A stretch of DNA of 64,000 bases, from the NCBI GenBank assembly GCA_030867685.1, contig JAQOWU010000008.1, positions 1,922,001 through 1,986,000 of the forward strand. The letters are read 5' to 3'. This document shows, piece after piece, positions 54,380 through 64,000 of the stretch (position 1 is its first letter; the number at the start of each line of letters is the position of its first letter). Position numbers and translations under genes: made by a program. The stretch is from Wickerhamiella versatilis (Eukaryota). Under the pieces are notes generated by a model, which worked only from the letters and a program-made list of their open reading frames with translations, was not told the DNA's origin and ran no database searches.

Positions 54380-54725
54380 ACTACAAGGACCATAGTATTG
54401 TATTAGATCACGAGTTTAAAAGCGTTTCTACTTGTATATAGGTAGCAATTTGTTAAAAATAATAAACTGTTCTGAAAGCTATGCACTAAATTTGAATCTT
54501 TCTTGGCGTTGGCAAACGCAGCCATGTCTCAGACATACGAATTGGTAGGTTAGACGTCAAACGAACTGTTCTCAAAAAAAATTATAAAGAACCACTTACG
54601 ATTAATACGTCTTTTATTCTCATCAATAAATTTTTTAAAGTCATAAAGTACAGATAATGCCGTTCAAAAGGGCGTTCTAGTTTGTCCCTCTTATAAACAA
54701 ACAACTGACGCGTAAGCAAGTGGGA

Positions 54726-55940
54726 ATGTCTTTGTTGACTATAGGGTCTGAAGTAGACCTGCCACAAGGCCAAACGGGGCTCCTGAAATGGACTGGGAGA
54801 ATACCAGACCGTGGAAATATCGAATATGCAGGTGTAGAGGTACTTGGACCTGAAGCAACTCGTTTGGGGCGGCATTCCGGAGAATATCGTGGCCGAAAGT
54901 TCTTTTCCACTTCCGTACCGGGAACAGGGTTGTTTCTGAGCTACTCGCAACTAATAAGTGCGAACATAAAGTCCCCACGGAGCTTCAGGCCCCGCTCCCC
55001 GGTAAGGTCACCACCAAAACAGTTCAGGACATCTATGCCTTCGCCTCAATTAAATCCGATGCCTTCATCCGCTAATGAGTCAATAGATGATATGGTACAT
55101 GCAGAGGAGCTAAGGGCAGCCCATGAGAAGATCGAATATTTGCAAAACACGCTAACGCAGCGAAGAAATGAGTTCAGGCAAGAACTTGGTCATGTAAATG
55201 CTGTTTCCCAAAACGTTTGTGACGCGTACGAGCAGAGAATTAAGGAGTTATCTGCTGGTGCAACTCATGAATTGGATGATAGATTTAGTGCTCTCGCGCA
55301 AATGCAGAATAATTTATTGCAGGAGAGTGCACAACAGAAAGAAGAATTGGCTCGAATGCGAGGCGAAAACTTGAACCTTCAGCAAGAACTGATGCGTGCT
55401 AGACGCGTTTCCAGTTCTGATGATGAAGTCGCTGCATTATTGGCTGAAATAGAAGCACAAGAGTCTCGTATTGCCAAGCTAAGGCACTTTGAGGTAGACG
55501 CTAACCAATTGCGTGAAAAATTACAGCAACAGGAAATTGATAACAAGCCACTGACAGACCAGATGGAAAGTCTCAAAGTTGACAGCCCATCGCTGTCCTC
55601 TGAGGTTACCACGTTAACACAGGAGCGTGATGAGCTTCTATCTAAACTCCAAAGCTTTCAAACAAAAGCTGAGGAATGTGCATCATTAAAGCTTGAAAGG
55701 GAACAATTAGAGAAGGCTTTAGAGGAAAAGGTGCTGCGGGAGCAGGAACTGGAAGAGCTGGTTCAATCTCTGAAGCTTGAGGTCCTCAAGAAAAGCCAGC
55801 AGGGACCAGAGTCTCCCCCTAGTTCAGCTCCTTTGAATTCTGTCACGGCAAACAATGATGTAGCTGGAGGTCGTGACGATTGGTGTGCTCTTTGTGAACG
55901 CACCGGGCATACAGCCGTAGAATGTCCTTATGAAGATTGA
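54726..55940 (+). CDS. BIK1: CLIP-170 orthologue (CAP-Gly, coiled coil, zinc knuckle)
   Basis: GRHSGEYRGRKFF...GTGLF CAP-Gly domain and WCALCERTGH..VECP knuckle; first ATG at 54726; ACGCGT (MCB) at 54708. Confidence 0.85.
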   Translation: MSLLTIGSEVDLPQGQTGLLKWTGRIPDRGNIEYAGVEVLGPEATRLGRHSGEYRGRKFFSTSVPGTGLFLSYSQLISANIKSPRSFRPRSPVRSPPKQFRTSMPSPQLNPMPSSANESIDDMVHAEELRAAHEKIEYLQNTLTQRRNEFRQELGHVNAVSQNVCDAYEQRIKELSAGATHELDDRFSALAQMQNNLLQESAQQKEELARMRGENLNLQQELMRARRVSSSDDEVAALLAEIEAQESRIAKLRHFEVDANQLREKLQQQEIDNKPLTDQMESLKVDSPSLSSEVTTLTQERDELLSKLQSFQTKAEECASLKLEREQLEKALEEKVLREQELEELVQSLKLEVLKKSQQGPESPPSSAPLNSVTANNDVAGGRDDWCALCERTGHTAVECPYED

Positions 55941-56086
55941 GCTCTTTTTTATCGCATATTTTGAATTACCGTTTAATATTGAATCTTGAATACGGTAGCT
56001 AAACTACAACTTAAATAAAAGTGAACATGGAAGTAAAAGTCTACATCAATTGTTGACAATTGCCATTAGTAATTAGTAATCAGACC

Positions 56087-58135
56087 ATGAACACTGTTCG
56101 CGTATCTAAATATCGCCATGTTTATGGCAAGCCAGTTCAGAAGGAGAAGTGCCATGACAATATAAGACTCACGAAGAATGCATTTGATTCAAATTTTGCC
56201 AAGGCTAATCCGAAATATGTAAGTCTAAACTGGCAGAGCTCGGGAGGCGGTTCGTTTGCTGTATTGCCTCATTCGCAGACTGGGAAGCTGCCCGATCGGT
56301 TTCCGTTATTTGACGGTCATAAAGGTGCTGTGCTGGATACCGATTGGAATCCTTTTGATGATGAATGTGTCGTCAGTGCAAGTGATGATGGGACCATAGG
56401 AATCTGGAGAGTGCCTGAGAATCTGGATGTAATGCAGGAAGCACCACTTGATGATGTTGAAAATATAAGTCCCGTAAGATTTCTTAAGGGCCATGGCAAA
56501 CGTGTGGGACATGTACTATTCAATCCAGTTGCCGAGAATATCTTGGCTAGTTCAGGCTTCGACAATACTATTAGAATCTGGGATCTAGAGAACGACAAAT
56601 GCGTCTTCACTCTCCAACACCCCCAGTTGATTACCAGTTTTGCCTGGAGTCATGATGGAAGCAGAATTGCGTCCGCGTGTAAGGACAAACACCTTAGGGT
56701 GTGGGATGTCCGAGCGGAAAAAGTATTGACCGAAGGTACTGGCCATCTTGGTACTAAATCAACCCGTCTAGTATGGCTTGGTGACCATGAAAGACTCGCA
56801 ACTACCGGCTTTTCGCGGATGAGTGAGCGCGAAATGGCTCTTTGGGATGCGACGAATTTAGAAAAAGGACCTATTGGTGACTACCGACGACTAGACCCTT
56901 CTTCAGGCGTCGTGATCCCATTCTATGATTGGGAGACCTCAATACTGTATCTTGGAGGTCGAGGTGACGGTAAAATTGTTTATTATGAATTTGTTAATGA
57001 CGACCTTTTCGACCTTTTTGTTTTCCAATCCACGATCCCGCAAAGAGGGCTCGCGTTTCTACCAGACCGTGCACTTAACGTTCGCGACCATGAAGTAGCC
57101 AGGATCTATAAGATTCACGAAAACCTCATTGAGCCGATTCCATTTTACGTTCCAAGGAAAGCTGAGGGTTTCCTAGACGGCATCTACACGGTATGTCACG
57201 CCAAAGAGCCCGCTCTTACTGCAGAGAAGTGGATATCAGGGAAGACTGAGAAGCCATTAGTTTATGACTGGAAAACTATATGGGAAGGTAAAGAGCCGAA
57301 GGGCAAGCCGCTTGATGAGGCCTTGGAAGAGATCAAAAAGGCAAATCAGACCGCCGTGAAAGCTGATCATAGTCATGACAAGAAACCTGAGTCTAGCGAC
57401 ACTTCCCCGTCGAAGAAGCAGTCAGAAAAAAGTGAAAAAGACCTCACACCAACCCCTGAAACCAAACCTTTGAATAAAGCAGACAAACAGGAGTCAAACG
57501 ATGTTCTTCAGGCTAAAGATGCAAAAGAGTTTCTGGCGAAGGCCAAAGAGGATTCAAGTAGCTCCTCTGAAGAAGAAGAGGAAGAAGATACGTGGAATGC
57601 CAACGAGGATGAAGATACTCCAGTTGACACCAATTCTCTTAACAGTACCGCACAGAAGACTCAAGTGTCTGAAAACGAGCATCAAAAAGACACCAAAAAC
57701 AACACTGGGCCAATCGAGCCCACCAGTAATGCTGGGAAGGCAGGCGAAAAACTAGAAAACACTACTACCGCATCTGAGAAAGAAGACTTGCCTGCACAGA
57801 AGGGTACTAGCAGTGAAAAAGATTCTCTGAAGAAGCTTGAACCCGAGACAGCTAAAGAAACTGAAATCAAAAAGAAAGCTAATGCTGATGTCGAGCCAGT
57901 TGTCTCAGAGAAAGATGATAAATCGCCCGTTCAGCCGAAATCTTTGACAAGTGATGCCACTGAACTCGCTCGAACTAGGGTTCGCCAGGCTGAGGAAAAT
58001 CTAAAAGAAGCCGAGTCCTTCGTCGAAGAAGTAGAATCTCCTATACATGACAGTCTTGAATCACGTGTTCATTCCCTAATGGCGACAGTTGAAGGACTCG
58101 TAGAACGCATTGAAAAGCTTGAGGCAAATAAATAG
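56087..58135 (+). CDS. CRN1: Coronin
   Basis: VRVSKYRHVYG, WD40 propeller, FYVPRK, C-terminal coiled coil; first ATG at 56087. Confidence 0.95.
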   Translation: MNTVRVSKYRHVYGKPVQKEKCHDNIRLTKNAFDSNFAKANPKYVSLNWQSSGGGSFAVLPHSQTGKLPDRFPLFDGHKGAVLDTDWNPFDDECVVSASDDGTIGIWRVPENLDVMQEAPLDDVENISPVRFLKGHGKRVGHVLFNPVAENILASSGFDNTIRIWDLENDKCVFTLQHPQLITSFAWSHDGSRIASACKDKHLRVWDVRAEKVLTEGTGHLGTKSTRLVWLGDHERLATTGFSRMSEREMALWDATNLEKGPIGDYRRLDPSSGVVIPFYDWETSILYLGGRGDGKIVYYEFVNDDLFDLFVFQSTIPQRGLAFLPDRALNVRDHEVARIYKIHENLIEPIPFYVPRKAEGFLDGIYTVCHAKEPALTAEKWISGKTEKPLVYDWKTIWEGKEPKGKPLDEALEEIKKANQTAVKADHSHDKKPESSDTSPSKKQSEKSEKDLTPTPETKPLNKADKQESNDVLQAKDAKEFLAKAKEDSSSSSEEEEEEDTWNANEDEDTPVDTNSLNSTAQKTQVSENEHQKDTKNNTGPIEPTSNAGKAGEKLENTTTASEKEDLPAQKGTSSEKDSLKKLEPETAKETEIKKKANADVEPVVSEKDDKSPVQPKSLTSDATELARTRVRQAEENLKEAESFVEEVESPIHDSLESRVHSLMATVEGLVERIEKLEANK

Positions 58136-58252
58136 AAGTATTATTTTTCCTAGCCTATGCTGCTATTATGGTATAGGTGGTTAAGTCGATATATATATAT
58201 GCAATGTCCCTGAACGTACGATGTTTAATGCTCTGCACTACGTGCTGGTGCA

Positions 58253-59575
58253 CTAAGGCTTCAAAACTGTGCGTTTCCTCCCACGTTTAACAACGAATGC
58301 GCCAGCCATCAGTTCATTATAGGCTTCTTCGCGCTCTCTTTCCTTCCAACTAGGCTTAGGCTGCGGCCTTGGGACCTCCTGTCCCCTTGACGGTAGGCTT
58401 GGAAGTTCAACTTTGTTTAAATCCACCTGTATATTTGCTGAAGCCAAAGGTACTTCCAGCACTTCAGATTTAACTCTTGTCTCCATCTCAGCGTCAGCTT
58501 GTATTCGCCTCCGCTCCTCAGCAACTTTCTGTGATTTATGGTGTCTGTGACGTGCAGCTAGTTGTTTCTGGTACTTTTTCAGCGCTTCCTCAGGGATTAT
58601 ACCGCGCCAGTCACATTCTAAAAGTGATAGTACAGAGTGGGAGGGTAAATGAGATAGGAACTTGAATCTTTTACGATCCAACACCGTCTGGGTCACAGCA
58701 TCCACGCGCACTACTAACGTGTTAGGAAATTCATCGTAATCTCCAAACGCGTGCTTCAGTACGCTCACATCCAGAGGGTGCAAAATGTATACATTTGAGG
58801 CTTCAAAAGCTGTTTGAAAAAATCTGAATCTGGGACCAGTAGAGATAGGTTCCAGAGGGGGGCTAAGAGCATCTGGAGGCGCTTGCACATCAATTGATGA
58901 AAGTTGCTTTTTTGTTTCGGCAATTGCATCCCTATAAGGCCACTCATCCTCTCCTTCCAAAAGTGCCTCCGACCGCGCACGGATGAGCTCGCCAACCTCT
59001 CTAGAAAGCTCTTGACGGCAAAACTCTGCACTACCTTCGACAACCCGGCAGAATTCTAGAAGTTCCAGAGGAGGCAACTTTTTGGAATTGTCGTTAAATA
59101 GTTCGGCAGGCACGGCTTGGGCAGACCCTGCCTTGCTCATTAGCTTGAGAACGATTTCGTGCCCTTCATTCGGCAGGAAACGTGTATCTACATTTAAGAA
59201 TGATGTTGGTAGTGTTTGCTTCCCGAAGCGTTCTCCACAAATGGGACAAAGTCTATCGTCCGCTAAATAAACGAAACGGTTGTAACAAGGCAGACACATG
59301 ACATGGCCACAACCAAGCATACGAGGTACCAGTGCTGTTTCAAGGCAAATTGGACACTCGGTTGAAGCCGCAATAACTCGCAATATCCAAGATCGCGGCA
59401 GTGGTACGTCCGGAATAACCCTACGCGGATGGATCCCAGGCTTCACAACAAACTTACAGGTCAAATTGATATACTCTGATCCATTCAGTCTTCTATGATG
59501 GGTCTGAACGTCGTGATGATGAAAATTCAGGTCACCAAGCCCTTCTGCCAAATTGGCAACCGACGACCTGGCCAT
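58253..59575 (-). CDS. MAG2: RING E3 ligase Mag2/RNF10 family
   Basis: CPICL...CGHVMCLPC...CPIC RING; LHPLDV.VLK..FGDY..FP and RFKFLSHLP motifs. Confidence 0.88.
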   Translation of the reverse strand: MARSSVANLAEGLGDLNFHHHDVQTHHRRLNGSEYINLTCKFVVKPGIHPRRVIPDVPLPRSWILRVIAASTECPICLETALVPRMLGCGHVMCLPCYNRFVYLADDRLCPICGERFGKQTLPTSFLNVDTRFLPNEGHEIVLKLMSKAGSAQAVPAELFNDNSKKLPPLELLEFCRVVEGSAEFCRQELSREVGELIRARSEALLEGEDEWPYRDAIAETKKQLSSIDVQAPPDALSPPLEPISTGPRFRFFQTAFEASNVYILHPLDVSVLKHAFGDYDEFPNTLVVRVDAVTQTVLDRKRFKFLSHLPSHSVLSLLECDWRGIIPEEALKKYQKQLAARHRHHKSQKVAEERRRIQADAEMETRVKSEVLEVPLASANIQVDLNKVELPSLPSRGQEVPRPQPKPSWKEREREEAYNELMAGAFVVKRGRKRTVLKP

Positions 59576-59607
59576 AGGTGACTAAGCCATAGGCGGCCCC
59601 CGAGTAT

Positions 59608-60102
59608 ATGCCACGAATCAATTTGTACGATGGAAATGACCTGAAAGTGGTGGCGGATGATGCAATCGGGCCGGTAATGGACTCTCTTGGATACAAGCAG
59701 CATTACGTATATGAGTTTGTGAGACTCAGTCTTGGGTTCCTCTCCGTTGGTGTGGCAGGCGCAGTGTTCTGGATTGAACGTACTTATGGATTTAGGCCTA
59801 TGTATTTCTGGATTGCCCTTCTTTGTGCTACCTATGTTGCTCTTCAATGCTCTTTTTATCTATGGAAATGGTTCGTAGAACAGAATGCAGACTACTACGG
59901 CACCGGCCCACTGGGTGACGTACGCATCTCCACCAAAAATCCAGCTAATACTGATAAATATGAGATTTCTGTTGTTGTCTCAGGTGCTCCTGAGGTCGTT
60001 ATCTCCCTGAAGTACCCGGAGTTTATTGATTACAACAAGAAGGTAGTAACAGACGAACTGGCAGGACCAATTAAAAGTGCATTAGCAAAGAAAAAGGAAT
60101 AA
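59608..60102 (+). CDS. SPC2: Signal peptidase complex subunit 2
   Basis: INLYD..DLK...DD motif, RLSLG, two TM helices. Confidence 0.85.
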   Translation: MPRINLYDGNDLKVVADDAIGPVMDSLGYKQHYVYEFVRLSLGFLSVGVAGAVFWIERTYGFRPMYFWIALLCATYVALQCSFYLWKWFVEQNADYYGTGPLGDVRISTKNPANTDKYEISVVVSGAPEVVISLKYPEFIDYNKKVVTDELAGPIKSALAKKKE

Positions 60103-60354
60103 AGAGTTACTTCAAAGAGGTATCCCCTAAAGATTTTCTACGTACTGCTCTATGGCATTAGAAGTTTAATCGTTGAATGACTCGAAAAGATGATAAAGCT
60201 TATACACCCACACTATACACCTATTCCTGACAACCATGGGCGAGTGAAGGCAGCTTTTATTTGTCAAAATGAATTCTGGTGGGTACTTTACATAGCACTA
60301 GCAAACTGCCAACATCGTTTCGACGTTGTGCTTAGGTGAAAGCTTTATCACGTC

Positions 60355-61332
60355 ATGCCCCGCGTACTGGCCTTCCCCATGAGGCTAACTAAAGAATGGC
60401 AGCAATGGGCACAAGAGAATCATGTTGACCTGGTAACTATCAGTCCTGAAAATCAGAGTGATATGCTTGACATCATATACAAATACGATCGAATCGACGC
60501 AGTGGCCAACACTGTAGCCGGATCCACGCGAATGGGTGGATATGCTGAGAAAATTATAGATGCTCTCGCTAGCAAGGGCTGTAAGGCTGTGTGTCACAGA
60601 GGTGCCGGTTATGACTCTGTTGGGCCAGTCGATTATTGGTTCCAGAGGGGAATACAGGTAGCAAATACCCCACAGTCGGTAGCACGCTCAACAGCGGACC
60701 ACGCTATATGGCTTCTTCTGGGTAGTATGAGGCTTACTGAATACTACCTGGACTCACTAAAAGCTGGAAGTTGGCGTGGCGAAGGGCCCTTAGGACACGA
60801 TCCGGAAGGTACAACGCTCGGATTCTTGGGAATGGGGAATATCGGACGTTTGATTCGCGATAGATGTCGGCCTTTTGGTTTTAAAGAGACCCTGTATCAC
60901 TCAAGGAATCGATTGGTGCCAGAATTAGAGCAGGATACTAGATATGTGAAGGATCTTGCCGAGTTTTTGAAACAATGTACTGCACTGGTTGTTGTGATAC
61001 CTTTGAACTCTTCGACGGCACATATCCTGAACGAAGAAAAACTAAAACTGTTGCCAGATGGAGCATCGATTATCAATGTGGGCCGTGGGCCTCTCATAGA
61101 TGAGAATGCACTTGCAACGCTACTTGACGAGGGTAAGTTTGCCTCTGTTGGGCTGGACGTTTACGAACATGAACCAATAGTGAATCCAAAATTGCTGAAG
61201 AGCAATCGTGCCCTTTTAACTCCCCACATGGGTACAAGTACCGTTGAGACTCGGGATTCTCTCGATAAGGAGGTCATAGAGAACGTCAATGCACTTCTCC
61301 ATAGTGGCCATGTGGTGAGCCAAGTCCGATGA
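60355..61332 (+). CDS. D-2-hydroxyacid dehydrogenase (glyoxylate reductase-like)
   Basis: GAGYD, GMGNIG Rossmann motif, NVGRG, DVYEHEP, TPHMG. Confidence 0.9.
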   Translation: MPRVLAFPMRLTKEWQQWAQENHVDLVTISPENQSDMLDIIYKYDRIDAVANTVAGSTRMGGYAEKIIDALASKGCKAVCHRGAGYDSVGPVDYWFQRGIQVANTPQSVARSTADHAIWLLLGSMRLTEYYLDSLKAGSWRGEGPLGHDPEGTTLGFLGMGNIGRLIRDRCRPFGFKETLYHSRNRLVPELEQDTRYVKDLAEFLKQCTALVVVIPLNSSTAHILNEEKLKLLPDGASIINVGRGPLIDENALATLLDEGKFASVGLDVYEHEPIVNPKLLKSNRALLTPHMGTSTVETRDSLDKEVIENVNALLHSGHVVSQVR

Positions 61333-61481
61333 GCTGTATCAATTATTTAGGAGTTATGACTCTGTTGTTTAGTGACCCAAAATATGGCGATCCCTATTGT
61401 CAAAACCTCACAATGTGGGGCATTCCATCAGGTTTACAATAATAGTTGGTTATATGTTCGCACTTACTAAGTCCTCTAGTG

Positions 61482-62021
61482 ATGATTTACTGTGGTGTAT
61501 GCACACTTCCGCCTGAGTTCTGTGAGTTTGGTGGAAATTACAAGCGATGTCGTGAGTGGCTACAGAAGATGCACCCTGAAATGTTTGAAAAGCTCTACTC
61601 CCATGAGGATGAGGTTTTTACTCATTCATTGAGTTCATTGTCGTTGGAAAAAAAGGAAGAAATTGAGCAAAAGTTCGCAAAGCAAAGAGCGAAAGAAGAA
61701 GCTAGGGCCCAGAGAGAGCTTGATAAGAAGCTAAGCTCGAAAATCGTTCTGAGAAGAATCGAGCGTAACAAACGGAAACATATAATATCTGTCACAGGCC
61801 TTGAGAGCTGGGGGGGCGACCTTAAAAAGCTGGCTAAGCAATTTGCATCGAGATTTGCCACGGGAGCCAGCGTTACCAAAACTCCTGATGGAAAGGATGA
61901 AGTATTAGTTCAAGGAGATGTTGGCGAGGAATTGGCAGATATGCTTCGCCAGATTTTAGACAAGGATGGACTTGAGCATTTGCGGGTCGAGCTTTCAGAG
62001 GAGACTAGACGCAAACGTTGA
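61482..62021 (+). CDS. TMA22: DENR/Tma22 translation recycling factor
   Basis: YCGVCTLPPEFCEFG zinc motif and SUI1 domain; first ATG at 61482. Confidence 0.95.
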   Translation: MIYCGVCTLPPEFCEFGGNYKRCREWLQKMHPEMFEKLYSHEDEVFTHSLSSLSLEKKEEIEQKFAKQRAKEEARAQRELDKKLSSKIVLRRIERNKRKHIISVTGLESWGGDLKKLAKQFASRFATGASVTKTPDGKDEVLVQGDVGEELADMLRQILDKDGLEHLRVELSEETRRKR

Positions 62022-62150
62022 GATTCAAATAGTTTCTGATGTTTCTTTTGTCTAGAGACCAAAGGTGGGCTTGGAAAGCTTGTCAATTTTTCCATCATTT
62101 ATTGATTGGACTCTATACATTAAATGCATAAGGAATTCTATACTATTATA

Positions 62151-63008
62151 TTAGAGTGATTCCAAGTAATTCCTAGTCTTACCAAACACCCAGAATATCA
62201 CAGCCGATGATGGAGCCGCGCGAACGCAGGTGATAAGAGCACCCCGATATAGATTAGGAATCCCACCTTCACGGTATATAGTAGCGAAAGCGGACATGAA
62301 AGACTGCTTGGGGCGGCCCATCATGGTCTCAGTCTGCAGGCGAGATTTTACTGTATCTGCGGGAAAAAAACTTAAATTATAAGCGATTCCCGCAGCTGCA
62401 CCCCCAAGGAACTGAGCGAGCCCAGATGGAATGGCTTCGGTATTTTCTAGCGATCTCGATACAAACATCTGAGCACCAAACCATGATGCAGATCCACCCG
62501 TCTCTCGAATTGCTGTGGCATGCTGGGCTCTCCAGAATCCTCGCAACCCAGATTCTTTGAATATTGTCTTAATGTGCTGCAATATCGTTAGGTGCTGCTT
62601 CCCCGCTAAGGTGGTCACCTGGATCTTGCATTTAATCAACTCTATAGGGGTCAGAAGAAATGAGGCAACAAAGCCACTCAGGCTACCGCAAGCTATTGTT
62701 CGCTTCATCTGGGAAGGACCAATCCAATTCATCACAAGCGTCCAGCGAGATGCTGCATTAAAGACGCTAAACAGCGTGGCATTTTCAGCCGATGCTGCCA
62801 CAAGGGGTGCACTGAGCCCGCGGTACAATCCCATGATCCCCTCTGAGCGGAAAGTTCTCCACATGCAATCCACAGCCCCTCTATAAACGGGGTTGCGGCT
62901 ATCCTGAGCCTGCAGTTTAACTTTAGTAGTATCGAATGGATATTCAATGAGCTTCGCAGTACTACCAGCTAGAGATCCGGCTATGATCTCGATCCAAGCA
63001 TCGGTCAT
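62151..63008 (-). CDS. ORT1: Mitochondrial carrier, ornithine transporter-like
   Basis: Three PxD/ExxK carrier repeats; KLIEYPFDT, ENATLF and RETGGSASWFG segments. Confidence 0.85.
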   Translation of the reverse strand: MTDAWIEIIAGSLAGSTAKLIEYPFDTTKVKLQAQDSRNPVYRGAVDCMWRTFRSEGIMGLYRGLSAPLVAASAENATLFSVFNAASRWTLVMNWIGPSQMKRTIACGSLSGFVASFLLTPIELIKCKIQVTTLAGKQHLTILQHIKTIFKESGLRGFWRAQHATAIRETGGSASWFGAQMFVSRSLENTEAIPSGLAQFLGGAAAGIAYNLSFFPADTVKSRLQTETMMGRPKQSFMSAFATIYREGGIPNLYRGALITCVRAAPSSAVIFWVFGKTRNYLESL

Positions 63009-63215
63009 GCCCCTGACTCAGACACATCATATGATTGCGACAGTGATACAGATTTCAATTAGACTTGATCAAGAATTTCATACACTTAAAATAGTCTCAC
63101 ATGAAAATAATATATATTTATATGTCCAAATTGCTACACTTCTTTGCATATGTCACAGAAATTGGTGGCTTGGCTCAGGGGCTAAAAGCTGCAAGGAAGT
63201 TTAAGTAATCAAATA

Positions 63216-63665
63216 ATGTCAGAACGGTTATCCAAAGAACAGGTGGAAAGCTTCCGGGAGGCTTTTTCCCTATTTGATAAAGATCGTGATGGTAAAATCA
63301 CATCGAAAGAGCTGAGCACCGTTATGAGAGCTCTAGGATCGGCCCCCAGTGAGACTGAGGTCCAAGATATGATTAACGAAGTCGACCTCGACAGTGACGG
63401 AACGGTGGACTTCTCCGAATTTTTGACGATGATGGCCCGCAAGACGAAGGATCACGATAGTCAGGAAGAAATTGAGGAAGCATTTAAGGTGTTCGACCGC
63501 AATAATAATGGTTATATCTCGTCAGCTGAGTTGCGCCATGTCCTTATGAGTATCGGTGATCGTCTCACTGAGGAAGAGGCGGATACGATGATCCGTGAAG
63601 CAGACATTGATGGTGATGGCCAAATATCTTATGAGGAATTCTCTAAGGTGTTGATGAATCAATAG
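63216..63665 (+). CDS. CMD1: Calmodulin
   Basis: Four EF-hand loops: DKDRDG, DLDSDG, DRNNNG, DIDGDG. Confidence 0.95.
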   Translation: MSERLSKEQVESFREAFSLFDKDRDGKITSKELSTVMRALGSAPSETEVQDMINEVDLDSDGTVDFSEFLTMMARKTKDHDSQEEIEEAFKVFDRNNNGYISSAELRHVLMSIGDRLTEEEADTMIREADIDGDGQISYEEFSKVLMNQ

Positions 63666-64000
63666 GTATGTGTTGGTTTGACCACCATTTTTCCTGTGGA
63701 CTTCAGCCTCTATACTGGATCCTTGTAATACTTGGATCACTAGATTAAGGAACAGGTTTACTTATGTCCTGCATTTTAAAGTAACAATCCAGTTCGGTAC
63801 TTCTTAGTGTCGCAAGCCATTCCCGCTAGCATGTAAAGGTTCTAGGTTAGATTGATATCGAAATGCCACGCGCTGAGAGCCAAACACAGAGAATCAGTCC
63901 ACAGTCCAGTAGATGCTGCTACATTGCTTGTGCGGGGGCGGGGTAAAGGGTAAACACCATGAGTACATATATTACATTATTTGCAGAAGTCGGCATCAGG

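Noticed and set aside
60355-61332. Possible bacterial HGT origin of the hydroxyacid dehydrogenase
   Set aside because: Motifs (HRGAGYD, GHDPEG) look like fungal family members and there is no compositional or operon-like signal; a phylogeny would be needed
61465-61479. TACTAAG...CTAG acceptor-like signal before TMA22
   Set aside because: No matching donor, and the protein is complete from ATG 61482
63885-63900. ACAGAGA box suggesting U6 snRNA
   Set aside because: No AGC triad, internal stem-loop or U6 flanking sequence
1-64000. Alternative CUG decoding, transposons, CRISPR
   Set aside because: CTG falls at conserved Leu positions; no LTR, transposase, RT or repeat-spacer structure seen

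Overview
Gene-dense eukaryotic DNA from a budding yeast (Saccharomycotina). It uses the standard code (CTG falls at conserved Leu positions in GLC7). The compact layout, intron-free CDSs and shortened, divergent proteins suggest a streamlined lineage such as Wickerhamiella/Starmerella, but this is inference. The window holds about 39 housekeeping CDSs (PIK1, BUD4-like, APC5, FIP1, CEF1, CEG1, RSM23, NIP7, SRP72, MRH4, SPE3, TLG2, SWR1, PDE2, VTS1, MMS21, GLC7, RTT106, VHR1, NUP1-like, CMR2/DIP2, PIL1, ILV3, BIK1, CRN1, TMA22, ORT1, CMD1 and others) and one tRNA-Arg(UCG). No transposons, CRISPR arrays or obvious bacterial HGT were seen. The most interesting signal is non-coding. No CDS needs an intron and the splicing factor Cef1 is strongly eroded. 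Yet several larger intergenic gaps contain splice signals around folded H/ACA-like RNAs, often beside a telobox-like (AACCCTA) motif. This suggests non-coding host introns that carry snoRNAs. All RNA folds were found by eye and rRNA targets were recalled from memory, so they need computational confirmation.
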